Assembly: GCA_018398765.1 (NCBI GenBank)
Contig: JAHBMJ010000124.1
Span: 1-64,000 of the forward strand
DNA: 64,000 bases
DNA from: Chromera velia
Taxonomy: Eukaryota
Direction of reading: 5' to 3'
Below the pieces are notes generated by a model. The model did not search any database. It was not told the origin of the DNA and saw only the letters and a program-made list of their open reading frames with translations. A program made the translations under genes and the position numbers. Shown one piece after another: positions 33,496 to 46,922 of the stretch (its first letter is position 1; every line of letters begins with the position of its first letter).

Positions 33496-35589
33496 ATGAC
33501 GACCCCGATCACGCCCCGCCGTTCTCCCTACAGGTCCACAGAGAGGAAGACCCCCTCTCCTCCATGGCGTCCTGTCCTCCTGTCTGACTATGAGACCATG
33601 CAGAGCTACACCCCAGGCTACACTCTGATGGCAGAGTACGACGCCATCGAGGAACAGAGACTGAGGGAGAAGGCACGAAGGAAGGTGCGACACTGGCAGA
33701 GAAAGGCAGCACTCCACACCCAGAGGATGAAACAACTTCAGGACATGGAGGGGCAACGAGTGCAGTCAGAAATCGAAGACGTCAGTCAGTCAGTCAGTCA
33801 GTCAGTCAGTCAGTCAGTTTACGGAATATATAGGCTCTTCTCCCTGTTCAGGGTTTACGCTTTTGGGTGTGAGAATCTCCCCCTCCATCTACCCATGTGC
33901 CTGCCGGCCTGTTCGACTGCCTGCCTGCCTGCTTGTCTGTCCATCCATCCATCTATCTATCTACCTGCCTGCACGCCCGCTTTTCGTTCTCCATTGTGTC
34001 TTGTTTGCTTCTTCTTTTTTTTCTTCTTCTTCTTCTGCTTCTGCAGAATCGTCTGAGAAGGGAGGAGGCCGTCAAGCAGATGGCCCACGAGAAGCGCCAG
34101 GAGCTCATCAGGCGACGAAACCTTAGACACAGCAGGAAGAGAGAGAGGGAAAGACTCAAGAACCTCATAGAGGAGAAAATGAAGGTCTGTATGTTTGTAG
34201 GTCTCTGAGCGGGCATCATTCGTTTCGCACCTCATTCCGCGAGATGAGAACACACAGGTGTCGTCTTCTTTCTTTCATGGACCTGTCATTGCATGCCGCA
34301 AGAGCAAAAGTGCATTCAAGACTGCAACCTGCTCTCGCTGTTCGATCCACCACTCATGTTGTACCCTTTGTTTCCATGAGGTAAGCATCAGTGATGCTTC
34401 CTCCCTCCCATCCACATCTTGGGGATCGATGCGGGGCTCTCCATCATGGAGAGTTCGATTGAATTGCATTGGGTATGTGAGAGTGTTTGTATGATTTGAT
34501 GGAATATGCAGGACATCCGAGCGAAACTCTCAGGGGGGCGCCTCCATCAAATCCTGAAGAGGAAATACAACCAGAAAGTGCGGAGGGAGCAAATAGAGAA
34601 GGCCAAAGAGTACCGGGAGGTGAGTGAAGGGAAGGAGGGGGGGGGGAGAGGGAAGGTTGAGTGTGCGTGGATGTGAGAGACAAAGAAGGAAAAAGAAGAA
34701 GAGCTAGGACCAAACTCTTTTGTTCGGCAGATTCTTTCTGCCTTCTGATGCCGTTCCTTCTGCTCTGTTTTGTTTCGCGTCTAAGGCGATCTGTCGGATG
34801 GCTCGCTGCGCATCAATAGACAGACAGACAAAAGGACAGACAATTAAGTCTTACGTTCTTTTGATTCCTGTGCACATCCATCCATCCGTGTGTCTATCCA
34901 TCCATTCAGGAGAAACTGAAGAAGTACCCCCCCGTCTCCAAAGGAAAACTCGACGAGCACCAGCTCTTCTACGACGCTGGGCATGTGAAGTTGATGGAGC
35001 GCCTCAAGGGGATCAGGGAGGAGGAGCAGCAGGAAATGGATAAGTCAGTGAGGGGGAGTGAAGAAGGACATGCGGAATGATGAAATGAGAAATTCGTCGC
35101 TTGTCCAAACTTTTCAAGCGCAGGATTGACCATGTCATTCGATTTGTGGAGCCGGGCCTGGTCCTCCTCTTCATTACTTCTTTTCTTCAAGAATTGAACT
35201 AGCTGTGAGAAAAGTTTCTTCTCCATCCCTGACTGGCTGACGATTGCATTCATTGTTCCATCGGATCCCTTCTAAGTTTGTCCCAATGCCTCAGGAAGTC
35301 TTCCAAATAGAATTTCGTTGCTTACATAGAGGCATGTGTGTATGCTAATAAATTTTATACGTGTGCACATGCAGGCACGAGAAGGACCTCCGAGCCCTTG
35401 TGGGAGAGCCCTCAAAAGCGGCAGTCCGAATTAAGGAAAGGGAGGAGGACGAGAGGAAAATGGAAGAACAGAGGGAGGCAGAAAAGGTTGAGAGAGTCAG
35501 GGAACGACTACGGTCAGTCAGTGAGTCAGTCAGTCAGTCAGCCCATGCCTTCTTCCCTTTAATTCTCTCTGTATGTGTGTGTCCAGGCG

Positions 35590-35684
<95 letters not shown>

Positions 35685-36330
35685 GTGCTTTTGTTGTTTC
35701 GTGATCTGTCTGTTTGCCTTCATCTCTGCTGCTTTTGGTTTGTAAAAACCCAAACTGTTCAGACAACGGAAGGTGTTTGAGCGCATTTAGTTCAATACAG
35801 AATTCTGTATGAAAGTAAATGCATGGTTTGTAAAAACCCATATTTTTCAGTCAACGTAAGGTGTGTGAGCGAAAAAGCGAATCGTCACCCCCCTCCAGTC
35901 ATCTCCAGTCCAAAGCAGCAAAGATTGATGAGCAACGCCCTTCCCTTTCCGCCAACACTGCAGCTATGGCGATCTGGTCAAAGAGCTCTACCACGGCCAG
36001 TGTCGCTGGGCCTCTCCCACTCCGTCTGCCTACCAGGCATCTACAATTCCCGTCCCAGACAGGCCCTCAGGGGGACAGTACCACCCCCCCACCGTCCCCC
36101 TGGAGACTAATCGCGAGGGCGCACGCCATGAGGGCATCAGACACCTCCGGGCGTTGTGCAGGGCCAACAGGGAGAGCAGAAGGAAGGTGGAAGAGGAGTG
36201 CAAGGACAGAGGAGAGACGCCACCTCCATTGGCAGCCTCGCACATCGTTCCTCCAGCTCCAGTCAACGTCAAGTCAGTTAGGCACGAAGCGAGTCAGGCA
36301 AACACACGCACGCGCATTTGCGCGCGCGCG

Positions 36331-36402
<72 letters not shown>

Positions 36403-39086
36403 CGAAGATTTGGAAACGACCAAAAAGTGCGTACTCGTGGGGGATTTCCCTGATTCATTGAGGAATTTATTGCCTGCCTCCAATTCCTTCCTTCCTTCCT
36501 TCCTTCCTTCCTTCCTGTCAGACCGTCAGATAGAGCCACCGAGCTCTGGCCCAAGATTCTCCACACTGACGTGCATTCGGAATGTCCTTTCTGTCTTTCG
36601 TCCTTCTGTCTCTCATCATCTCAGGATGCTTCGGGCAAGGAAGGACGCCAGCGAGTTTCTGCATTTACTTTCATACTCATGATTCATTCAATTCTTTATG
36701 AGAGTAAATGCATGCTCTTTTCTCAGGATGCTTCGGGCAAGGAAGGACGCCAGCGAGTTTCTGCATTTACTTTCATACTCATGATTCATTCAATTCTTTA
36801 TGAGAGTAAATGCATGCTCTTTTCTCAGGATGCTTCGGGCAAGGAAGGACGCCAGCGAGTTTCTGCATTTACTTTCATACTCATGATTCATTCAATTCTT
36901 TATGAGAGTAAATGCATGCTCTTTTCTCAGGATGCTTCGGGCAAGGAAGGACGCCAGCGAGTTTCTGCATTTACTTTCATACTCATGATTCATTCAATTC
37001 TTTATGAGAGTAAATGCATGCTCTTTTCTCAGGATGCTTCGGGCAAGGAAGGACGCCAGCGAGTTTCTGCATTTACTTTCATACTCATGATTCATTCAAT
37101 TCTTTATGAGAGTAAATGCATGCTCTTTTCTCAGGATGCTTCGGGCAAGGAAGGACGCCAGCGAGTTTCTGCATTTACTTTCATACTCATGATTCATTCA
37201 ATTCTTTATGAGAGTAAATGCATGCTCTTTTCTCAGGATGCTTCGGGCAAGGAAGGACGCGAGCGAATTTCTGAGGGACGACATAGAGGGCAGGAAGGAA
37301 ATCAACGCGGTCGGTCGGTCAGACAATTAATTGCATTGGAAGAAAAGTTTCTTTCTTGTCTGTCGTTTCGGGGGGAAGGGAACAGTTTCGGGGACCCAAG
37401 TCAGGAGATGAGGAAATCCTGAGGGAACCAACACAGAGACGGAAGATCAAAAAAGAAGAAAAACACCTTTCTCTATTCATCCGCTCTTTTGATTTTACCC
37501 CCTTGAAAAAGACGCCCACAAACCACACCCGTCTCTCTCCAGGACCCCTACTCTTCTCTCTCTCCGTCTCTCTTTATGCTTCTGTGTGCGTGTACGTGTA
37601 TTTCCCGGTACGTCTCTACGTGTGCACATGATGTCTGTGCACATTCATCCAGGTCTACCGTGCGAGACTGGACGAAGAGTTCTCCCGTCTCCACGACGTC
37701 CTCGAATGGCTGGAGGGGGCCCCTGACAGAAAGCTGAAGACCAACAAGGTAGAGGAGGTGGCAGAGTCCTTGTGGAAACTCGAGAAGGAAGCAGCAGCAG
37801 CGGAGGAGAGGCTAAGGTTCAGACGACAACGCCACCGCAAGACTGCCAACAGCGTGAGAAAGAATGTGCAAGTTGCAGACATGTACATTGATGCTGTGAA
37901 GGGCAAGATTCAATTATTGAATCATGTCACAAATCATCCGGAGGCAGGGAGAACGTTGGAGGCAGTAGAGACCCGGATGGAGAGGCAGCGTCAAGAGAGG
38001 TCAAAGCAGGCTATGCAGTCTTTCCGAATGTCCGCAGCAGAAAGTGTTCGTTTGAAGAGACGAGAGGCAGAAGAGAGAAGAAAGCTCGACGAAGTGAGGG
38101 AGAAAATGGGGTTGCCCGCACGAGAGACGCCTTCGGCCTCTGGCAAAGGTTCTCCAGGTGCCGATGAGTCTGACGGAGAGGAAGATCGTCAGTCCAGAGA
38201 GTCGTGGGAGTTGGAAGCGGAGGAGTTGAGGAGGGCTCGGATGGAAGAAGAGGCTGCTGAACGTGAAAGGGAGAGGAGGGAGCAGATAGACAGATGGTCT
38301 GACCACGATGCGGGGGGGGTGAGAGGAGACGACAACGATCCCTACAACGAGGATCTTGATGATGGTCCCCCCGGAGGAGGTGGGGGAGATGATGGTGAGG
38401 AGGAAGAGGGGGAAGGAGAGAAAGAGAATGAGGAGAATAAGGAAGGGTTTTTGGACATGTTTGACAGAGAGCAAGAGGACAAAAAGGGAGATGAAGACGG
38501 AGAGAATGAGAAAGAGAAAGAGAAAGAGAAGGAAGACTTGGAGAACGAAACTGACGGTGGGTTTCTTACTGATTTTGGAGGGGAGGAAGATAAAGAGAAG
38601 GACGAGAAGGAAGAAGATAACACGGGGGGATTTTTGGGATTTGCAACAGGAGGAGAGGATGAGCAGGAAGGGGAGGATCGACCTGCTGAGGGTGATACTG
38701 CTGATGAGAAAGAGAAGACAGACGAAAAGGAAGCATCGGGTCCTCTCGGGTTCCTCACCACTTTCAACATTGAGGACAACAAGGAAGGAGAAGAGACAGG
38801 AAACGGGGAGGAGAAAGAAAAGGGTGAGGAAGAAGAGGGGGAGAAAAAAGATGAATCGGAAGAAAAGCCCCAGAGCCCCCCCGCGGAGGCCCCAGGAGAA
38901 CCCAAAGAAGAGGAAACAAAAGAACAGGAAGGGGGGTTCTTTGGAGCATTCATGACAGAGGTGCAAGACCAACCAGCAGAAGGGGAGGGGGGGAATGAAG
39001 AAAAGGGAGACGGGGAAGAAGGAGGGAATGAGGGGGAAGGAGGAGGAGGAGAAGGAGATGAGCAGTTTCCTCCCCGATGGTTCTGA
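33496..39086 (+). CDS. Multi-exon coiled-coil protein with a long acidic (Glu/Asp) C-terminus, function unknown
   Basis: Exons 33496-33780, 34047-34184, 34512-34619, ~34910-35040, ~35375-35512, an exon ending ~36272, 37237-37309 and 37653-39086, with GT-AG boundaries where I checked them. K/R/E-rich heptads; conserved-looking ADMYIDAVKGKIQLLN; tail with repeated GFL(T/D)xF motifs. Confidence 0.75.
36625..37236 (+). repeat. Six identical 102-bp tandem repeats, each a copy of an exon start plus a hairpin-containing segment ending in a splice acceptor
   Basis: Units start at 36625, 36727, 36829, 36931, 37033 and 37135. A 7th partial copy at 37237 is the true exon. Confidence 0.95.
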
Positions 39087-40235
39087 CCCTAGTTCAGGGG
39101 AGACTTGTATGCGTGCTTGGAATCATTCTTTCAAGCGTTGTTCTGTACAATCAATCGCTGAATGTAAAGAATGAGGAAGGACGGAAGGAAGTCGATGGAT
39201 TCATGTCATGGCGCAGTGGAGGCACCGTTCTCTCTTCTCTTCTTTTGATCAGTGTTGCTCTTTTCTGCTTGTGTGAATGTATTCGACGTCAGACTACTCG
39301 TTGCAGCCAGGCCTCTTTTTCTCTCTTCAAACGACATTGACGTATTTTCTGTACCCGAACCGACCCTCGTAAACAAATGAATGGATCAAACCATCAATGA
39401 ACAAACCCAAAAAAAAACAAAAGAAAAAAGTCCCTTGAAGGTGCATCCTGAACGAATGTCAGAGGTGTCTGTTTGATCTGACTTCTTTCTGTCTGTCCTT
39501 CCTTCAAACAAGTCTTTCTCTCTTTCTGAAGACGAAAAAAACAGACCGTTTCACTTCTCGCAAAGCTGCATAGCTGGCTGATTTTATCATGAACTCTTCT
39601 CGAATCCAACTCAAAAGATTTTCTGAAACAGACACCCATCAGCAGTTTTCCGAAGAAAGTCTGTGTAGATGACCGCTGTAGAAAGAAGTGCAGCTGTAGA
39701 ACGATTCGATGCATCATTTTCTTTTTCTCGGATTTTCTCTTCTTCGCAAAAGAGCCTCTGCATGCACAACGTCTGTCATGCGTATGTAGCAGACAACAGT
39801 GATTCACGTATGCATGGTGGGAAAGAGCGTGAGCATATGAATGTTCGGGTATTGGATGGATGAAAGAAAGAATGAATGAATCAAAGAGTCCAATGATGGA
39901 TCCGGCAAAAGCCCATGCACCTCTCGATTGCGAATTGGGTACGTTGGGGATTCGGGCCAAAAAGAGTGCATGATGCAAGTAGAGGAGGGATCGATCCATT
40001 TATCAGTCAAAATGAAATACTCCACACTGTCAGACAGTTAGTAAGTCAATTATAACTAAAATTCTTTCTACTATTAATTCTACAGATGACCAACAAATAT
40101 ATACAAGAAAACAAATGATTATGGATTCTCATCTTTGGGGCATGTTACACTATAGATTTTACATAAAAAAAATATTTATTTTTTTGCATGCATGTACATG
40201 CATGTGATTAATTTCCCCCTCCGGGCCCCTGGGGA

Positions 40236-40484
40236 CTAGGCGTCGGCTAAAGAAACAAAAAAAAAAGATCCCCCCAAACCCTTTATTTTTTTCTTTCTTT
40301 TTTTTTGAGTCAAACAACTGTTCTAGCAACTGTTGTTCAAGTGTTGCACAGGTGTTGTTGATACTATGTTGCACAACTGTTGTTAAGTGTTGTTGAAGGT
40401 AAAAAAGTAAAAAAGAAAGAAAAAAAAAATCTCCCCAGATCGCTTATTTTTTTTTTTCTTTTTTTTTTTTTAGCCGACGCCTAG
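40236..40484. mobile_element. 249-bp MITE with CTAGGCGTCGGCTAAA TIRs and an 8-bp TSD (CCTGGGGA/CCTGGGAA)
   Basis: Perfect 16-bp inverted termini extended by A/T tracts. 7/8 matching flanking duplication. Internal CAACTGTTG/GTGTTG repeats. Confidence 0.85.
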
Positions 40485-42648
40485 CCTGGGAAGCCCTTCT
40501 TTTGGTTATGAGATACATAAGTTATAACGTAACTTAGGCTGCATTTCATGCCATTTACTAAGCCATTTACTAAGTCATTTAGACTAGCTGAATAAACAGC
40601 TAGATAAACAGCTGTCAGCTGTTAATTTATTCAAGTGTTTAATAATATGTTGTTAATTTATTCTTAATATAATTTTACTGTTATATGATTGGTAATAAAC
40701 AAATATTTAGACGAATCTAGAGATGAATGTTGTCGTACCGTAACCCCTATGGTTTAAGAGCATGCGCATGCTTATAGGCACATGCATAGTACCATTGAGA
40801 AGCCTTAACATTAGACATTTGATTTTGGTATAAGCTGATACCTGGTAGTGGACCGCGGAGATTCTTGGAACATAAAATCCTATCATATCGTCCTATCCCT
40901 AGGGTAGCAAGGAAACCAATTCTTTGAACATAAATTCAATCTATCAAATTATAATCTTAATCTAAATTAGTTAGGTAGTTCATCAGTTAAAGAATATGCT
41001 TAACCCCAGCTACAAGTGGGGCGCTAGCTGGGGCGCTAAGCTCCGGAACGAGCATTACAGATACATGTTTGCCAGTGGAACAATTTTGAACAGCCATTTA
41101 AAAAATTCCCAAATTTATTATTTTATCCGATCCTAGATCCTATCCTATTGCGGGGGCGACCTCTAAAAGACTCTTCCCCCACTGGCCGGCAGTACGCTCC
41201 TCACCTACCTTTTTGAATTTGTCAAATGGTAGCAAGCCTGTCTTAAATTCCGTCTTTCAAGTTCACGTAAGTCTATATACCTCGTTCCTTCCAAGATTGA
41301 ACCCTCCAACGTACACCCCCCCGCCTGGTGAATGTTCCACGAAGCGATTCTCCCCTGGCAGTGCCCCCCATCTTCCCCCCTCATTTAGTATGTTCCCTCC
41401 ATTCTGATACTTGTCAATCTCACCAGTCGGTCTCTTGTCACTCTCTGCCAAGAAAAAGATCCGGCCCCCAAAAAACAGAGGCTGCATAGACCCCCCAGGT
41501 CTTGAGTCTCGACCGTCCCCCAACCTTTCGCCTCCCTACTACTCATCATCACTCCAGAGCAATCACAAAAGACAACAAAAGAGTCCATAAACAGTCTACA
41601 AACAAACATTCAGTCGGATTCATGCATAAAAAAAAAAAAACGCCCAGCTGGCCAGTACATGGAGATTCTTCGAATGCACGCACGCGGCTGCGCATTGATT
41701 GATCGACCGGTGTTCGAGCGAAAGTCAGGAATCCATAGCGGAGGGCTGTCAAAGACCTTTCCCACTTCTTCTGCATCCATCTCTTTCTCTCTCCCCCTTC
41801 TTCTCCCTTTCTCTGCATCCTGCGTCTCTTCTTGTTACTGCTACTTCGGTGAGGGCTCTGGGCGCCACCTGGGAGGCGGTGAAAGGCTGGCAGGCTACCG
41901 AGTGTTGCTGCTGCTGCTGCAGAAGGCTTCGGCCTGGGGCTCCTCCTGTTATGCATTGTTGAGCTTCGTCGCATCTGCCCAACAACTGCATGATTTATTT
42001 GCTTATTCACGCCGTTTGAACTACCCCCCCACCAACTGTCACTCCTTCCTTTCTCTTTCAACACAAAAGATCCCGCAGCATATCGTCAAGTTCCCCCCAA
42101 TACAGCAAAAGTGCATCTGCTTGCAATAAAAGAAACACCTGTTGTACTGCAGAGCAATTAAAAGACGGCAAAATTGAGTTAAAAAGATGAATCAGCTCAC
42201 ACAAAGCAGTCCACGGTGTCACAGACCGTGTATTCATCACACGTATAGCGAGCATTCTTGAGAAACCAAACACACACGTGCACAAACACAGAGTCAAAGA
42301 CTGTCACAACACTGTACTACAGATACCAGTTGAGACGGTTTCATAACTCCTACACTAGAACCTAAGAGGCACGAGCTTCACGCATTTAAGGGACAACGAC
42401 ATATAGAAACAGCATCAAACAGGCTGGGAGGAAAACCTGCAGCCAGGAATTGGCAGGCAGACCGAGAGACAGACAGACAGATAGATAGATAGACAGACAG
42501 CAAGGCAGACAGGCAGGAAGATAGACAAATAAACATGCACGCACACACATATACACATACACACACATATAAGCGTACACACACAGATGCACATATATAT
42601 ACACACACACACACACACACATACACACACACACATATAGAGAGAGAC

Positions 42649-42683
<35 letters not shown>

Positions 42684-43419
42684 CAGACAGACTATATGTT
42701 TCTTCTTCTTTTCCGAGAGAGATCGAGGCAGTCACACATTCTGACAGACAGGCAGGCAGACACGCAGTCAGACACGAAGTCAGGCAGTCACGCAGTGAGG
42801 CAATCAGGCAGTGAGGCAGTCAGCTAGTTAGGCACTCAGCTAGTCAGGCAGTCAGGTAGACAGACAGGCAGTCAGATAAAGGAGTGGACACCGGTACTCA
42901 AGCAGATTCAGGCCGGCCGGTAGACAGGCAGACAAGTAAGCAGGGAGGCCAGCAAGCTCAGGAGAATCAGTGAGGCGGGCAGTTGGTCAACATGCATGGA
43001 TGCTTGCTGAAGTGGTAAGATGTAAGAGGACAGTACGAGAAAACCAAGAAGAAGAAACGACATGTAAAGAGGCTCAAGGGCAAGCAAGAAAGGGGGTGTA
43101 CAGAAAAGTATGCAAGGAGCCGACTAAAAAAACCAGAGGTTACACACAGAAGGAGAGGACGACCGGAAAAGAAGGGAAGTGCCCGCGGAAAGAGATAAAC
43201 TATCAAAGTGGAGTCTTACCTTTGATCATCCAAAAAAGACGTTTCAATCTAAAAACGCATGATTGTTGCATGCTCACCTCTCCGAAAGAGAAATCGAGAA
43301 TACGATTGTCTAATAGACTCAAAATTTTGTAAGTGGATAGGTTATCGATCAGGCGAAACTTCGAACAGACAGGCAAGAGAATTCCTAAACAGAGATAAAT
43401 CAGGACAAAGCGAGAGCGA

Positions 43420-46400
43420 CGGGTCATAATTCTTAAGTGTCAGCCCTCCCTCGATCCCTCGTTGTGATCGAAGACTGACTTTCTTCCAAGCCTCAGGAGG
43501 GAGTTCTAACTCATCCGGTCTGGTCAGCGACTTCCAATTCTTTCCAACTGCATGCAACAGAAATAATCAAGACGCGATATAAGAGAAGCACCACAAGAAG
43601 AAGACTCTCTGAAATAGGAGAAGAAGAAGGAGGAAGAGGACAAGAAGGGGAAGGAGAAGGAGAAGGGGTAGAAGTCCAAAAGCATGGGTCGAAGAAAGGA
43701 GACTCACGGAAAGCGTGGATTGCCAGATGTGCGAACTGGTGACAGCTCTTGCAGATACAGTCAAATCCCGCATTGATGAGTAATTGCAAGTACGAACAGA
43801 CAACGAGCAGCGACTGACCCTTTCAATACTATAAGCAAGATTTTGCTCAAAAGATCATCTCTTCTGCGTTGTAAACAAATTTGCAACCTTCTCCGGCTAG
43901 CTCTTCAACCCAACAATTGGTAGGAGTTCTTTTTTTCTCTTTTTCTTCCTCTTTTCCTCGTACTACCCTGCCTTTTTGCCCTTGCCCCAGCATAACCCTC
44001 CCCCCCTTCTCTCCATCTGTTTCCTTCTTTGTCTGTGCAAGTGAATCGATGTGTCCCTTTCCGCCTGTCTTTATATTTGTCTGGCTATCTATCTACCGGC
44101 CTGCCTGCCGCTTTTCGGTCCGTCATGCCAACGCATTCCTGAATGGCTTGAGTTGCCACCACTACCTGTCTTAGTATCTATATAACAGTCCACAGAAAAA
44201 TCCCCATAATTTGATAAAATGCGGGAAAAAAGACTTAGTCATAAAGAGGAGAAGATTGGAGGGATTCACAAAAGGTGGCTCTCTCAGAAAGACTCTCGGC
44301 ATCAAATAGCCGTTGACTTTCCAAAACAAATCTGATGTGAAGGTGATCTGACTTACGCGTAGCACAGACAGTAGCTGCAGTATCGCGCCCCGTAGGGGGG
44401 CGTGTGCCTCAGGGTCACCTTGGAGAGCCGTTTCTCCGCCTCCGGCAGGTCCTTAAAGATGACCGACCTGCATAGCCAAGGGCTACTAATGGATGAAAGC
44501 AGCGTGCGATGATCATTTGTTTCCTTGCCAATTGACCGTGGAGTTTGTCTCTCGTCGACTATTGTATACAGAGACACTAAGCGTAAGGTCTACATGCAGA
44601 AACCGATACGGACATGCAGATGGTTATGTCAATATAAGAAAAGGACAAGAAAGCAAAGAAAGGACACTGACCTTAGGGTGATGAATCCCTCTGCCATCTC
44701 TGGAGGGTCCCAGTATGAGTTGGCAGGGTGAGTGAAGGCTGCAAACCAGAGGAAGAAGCTCGTTTTCCGATTTCACTTTACATTGATAGACAGGCAGGCA
44801 AGCAAGCCGGCAGGCAGGCAGGCAGACGGACATACAGATACGGAAGAGGGGAACAAGCAAAGCGCGCAGTCAGGCAGATCTCCGTTTTTGTTGATGCACA
44901 GGCAAGAAATAGTGTGCACATATAATGGGCCCACTGGTTAGCCGAGAAATCGAAATTCAAACTCTCTCGAGACACTGACAAGACTTGGAGGACGCGCAGA
45001 CAAAAAAGCTTGAGAAAACGAAGTACGCAATTTTAAAGAAGAAAGATCAGGCTACGTTGAATACCCTGGAGTCGAACAAACACTTTACCATATGGAATCA
45101 AGACGCAAACGCATCCATGGTAAGAGAGAAAAAGAGGGGAACTGACGGGTCTGTCCGATACCAAAGCAGTTGCATTCTAGCCACTGCAAGAAGGTCGTCA
45201 GACAGACACAGTACTTTGACTTGCTGTCCTGCCCCCATCCGATGGCCATGGCCCGCCCTTTCCTCACTTCCCGCGCCAAATCTTTGATGCTCCCTTAGAG
45301 AAGGGTGCGGAAGAGCATCACCACGTCCTGCTTCTCATCCTTCAGCACATCACGGACCTGCTGTGGATCGAACTCGAAGACGGGCTCCGTCTTCCCCCTA
45401 GGGATTTCCATGAGGGAGATCTGCTCATAGACTTATGTCAGTCACACTCAGTCTGCCAAGATGAAAACTTTAGTCTCGGAAAACACGTATCGGGTGGCTG
45501 CTGTATGACAATTAAGTAAAAAGTGAAGCTGATCAATAGGTTATCAGGTGTATGCACACTAGTCAACAAACATGAGGTTGCATGAAATTTAACAGAAAAA
45601 TCATGAAGTAAACTTGATGGAGGGAGAATCGTAGAGAAACAGAAAGATTGGATGGGCAAAAAGAGAAGGAAGGGCAGAGAAATGGAAAGGGAAATGGAAA
45701 GCGCATGGCTAAGCATGTTACAAAAGGGAAACGGTCACCACAGACACTTACATACAAGCTAGCATGGAGAAGAAAGAATTGAGGGAAGGTTCACAGTGGG
45801 TTTTGTCTCATGTTTCTTCACTTTCTACACCTCATTGACTGACGAGTGCTTTAAGCAGGGGATATGGCTCTGTATCAGCCATCTTGATGCGCCCCGCAAG
45901 GAGGTTGTCCATGTTGACCATACCACTGATAGCCGTCTTGGTCAAGAAGGCCTTCTTGCTGATCTTTGTCCTCCCCCTCCCCTTGCGGTATCCTCCAGTC
46001 ATCGTGATGGTGTACTTTAAGATCAGCCGCCTCTAGACCGGTTCAAGAGTGCGCAGAAACTCGACAACCCCCCATTAACGAGTTTGTCTGCCTGCAGCAA
46101 CCTGATATCACTGCGTGTGTGGCGAGTGAACCTGTATGGGCTTCTTCTGGTCCTTGTTTTTCAGCACTTGATCCCCGCTTCTTCACAAACTCGGCATACT
46201 CTTTGGTATAGCCTCTGCATGTAGAATATCATAGAATGAGAAGACAACCAGTAATCAACCTTCTTTCCATGACAATATTTACTGCCCAACTATTGCCTGT
46301 TCCTCTCTTCCTCTGTTTACCTGTCGGACTCCCTCTGCCTGCCTGCTCGGCCTGGCTTAGCTTGTCTTACTATACACATGTGTGCCTGTCTACCTGTGCT

Positions 46401-46922
46401 GCCTTTCTGGATTTGAAATCTGGTTGTTTGAAATAGGAAGGCAGACAGGGAGAAAGCCAACTTTTGAAGCAGTGCCAACTCTGGGACATTGTTAGACAGG
46501 AATTCAGCTTGCGCTAGAGTTGCCAGCCATATATGATGAGATGTGATTGTCGGAATGCAATGAAGGCCCCTAGCTATTGCAGACAGTATCCAAACGAACA
46601 GAAGAACAATTTTCACCTTGCTTTCTCCTCCTCTGCTCGCTCGTCTGCCCTCCTGTACTCCTCCAGTTCTTCAGAGAGTTTGCGGTTTTCTTTCAGCAGT
46701 TGCTCGTCTCTCTCTCTGCACATGTTTTAAACAGAAAGAGGGTGAAAGACCCAAATTAAATGCATTGTCACGCTGCAAGTTGAAGGCCAGGCTTTAATTA
46801 GAAACACTGCGCATCTCTACTCTAATGAACAGGAGGAAGAAACAGACAGACGGTGAGCAAAAAACTGTGTCAACAGAATGACTGCAGTGATAAATTGTTG
46901 TTATATACGTCTGTTGCGACAT
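43420..46922 (-). pseudogene. Spliced pseudogene of unknown family with in-frame stops and a frameshift (may extend to ~41260)
   Basis: MSQQT|ERDEQLLKENRKLSEELEEYRRADERAEEEKAR|GYTKEYAEFVKKRG(fs)DQVLKNKDQKKPIQVHSPHTQ*YQVAAGRQTR*WGVVEFLRTLEPV*RRLILKYTITMTGG...PLLKAL, then exon-like blocks VYEQISLMEIPRGK...FRTLL*GSIKDL, SVIFKDLPEAEKRL...YCSYCLCYA and GKNWKSLTRPDELELPP. The first three exons join with compatible GT-AG phases. Confidence 0.65.

Noticed and set aside
36571..37422. 283-aa ORF with 34-aa repeats, and a CRISPR-like appearance
   Set aside because: The ORF is in a different frame from the host exon and reads through acceptor sequence. The units are identical with no unique spacers, there are no cas genes, and the context is eukaryotic.
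45840..46030. Lys/Arg-rich LKYTI...KISKKAFLTK segment as ribosomal protein L22e
   Set aside because: Only superficial similarity; the surrounding exons do not match and contain stops.
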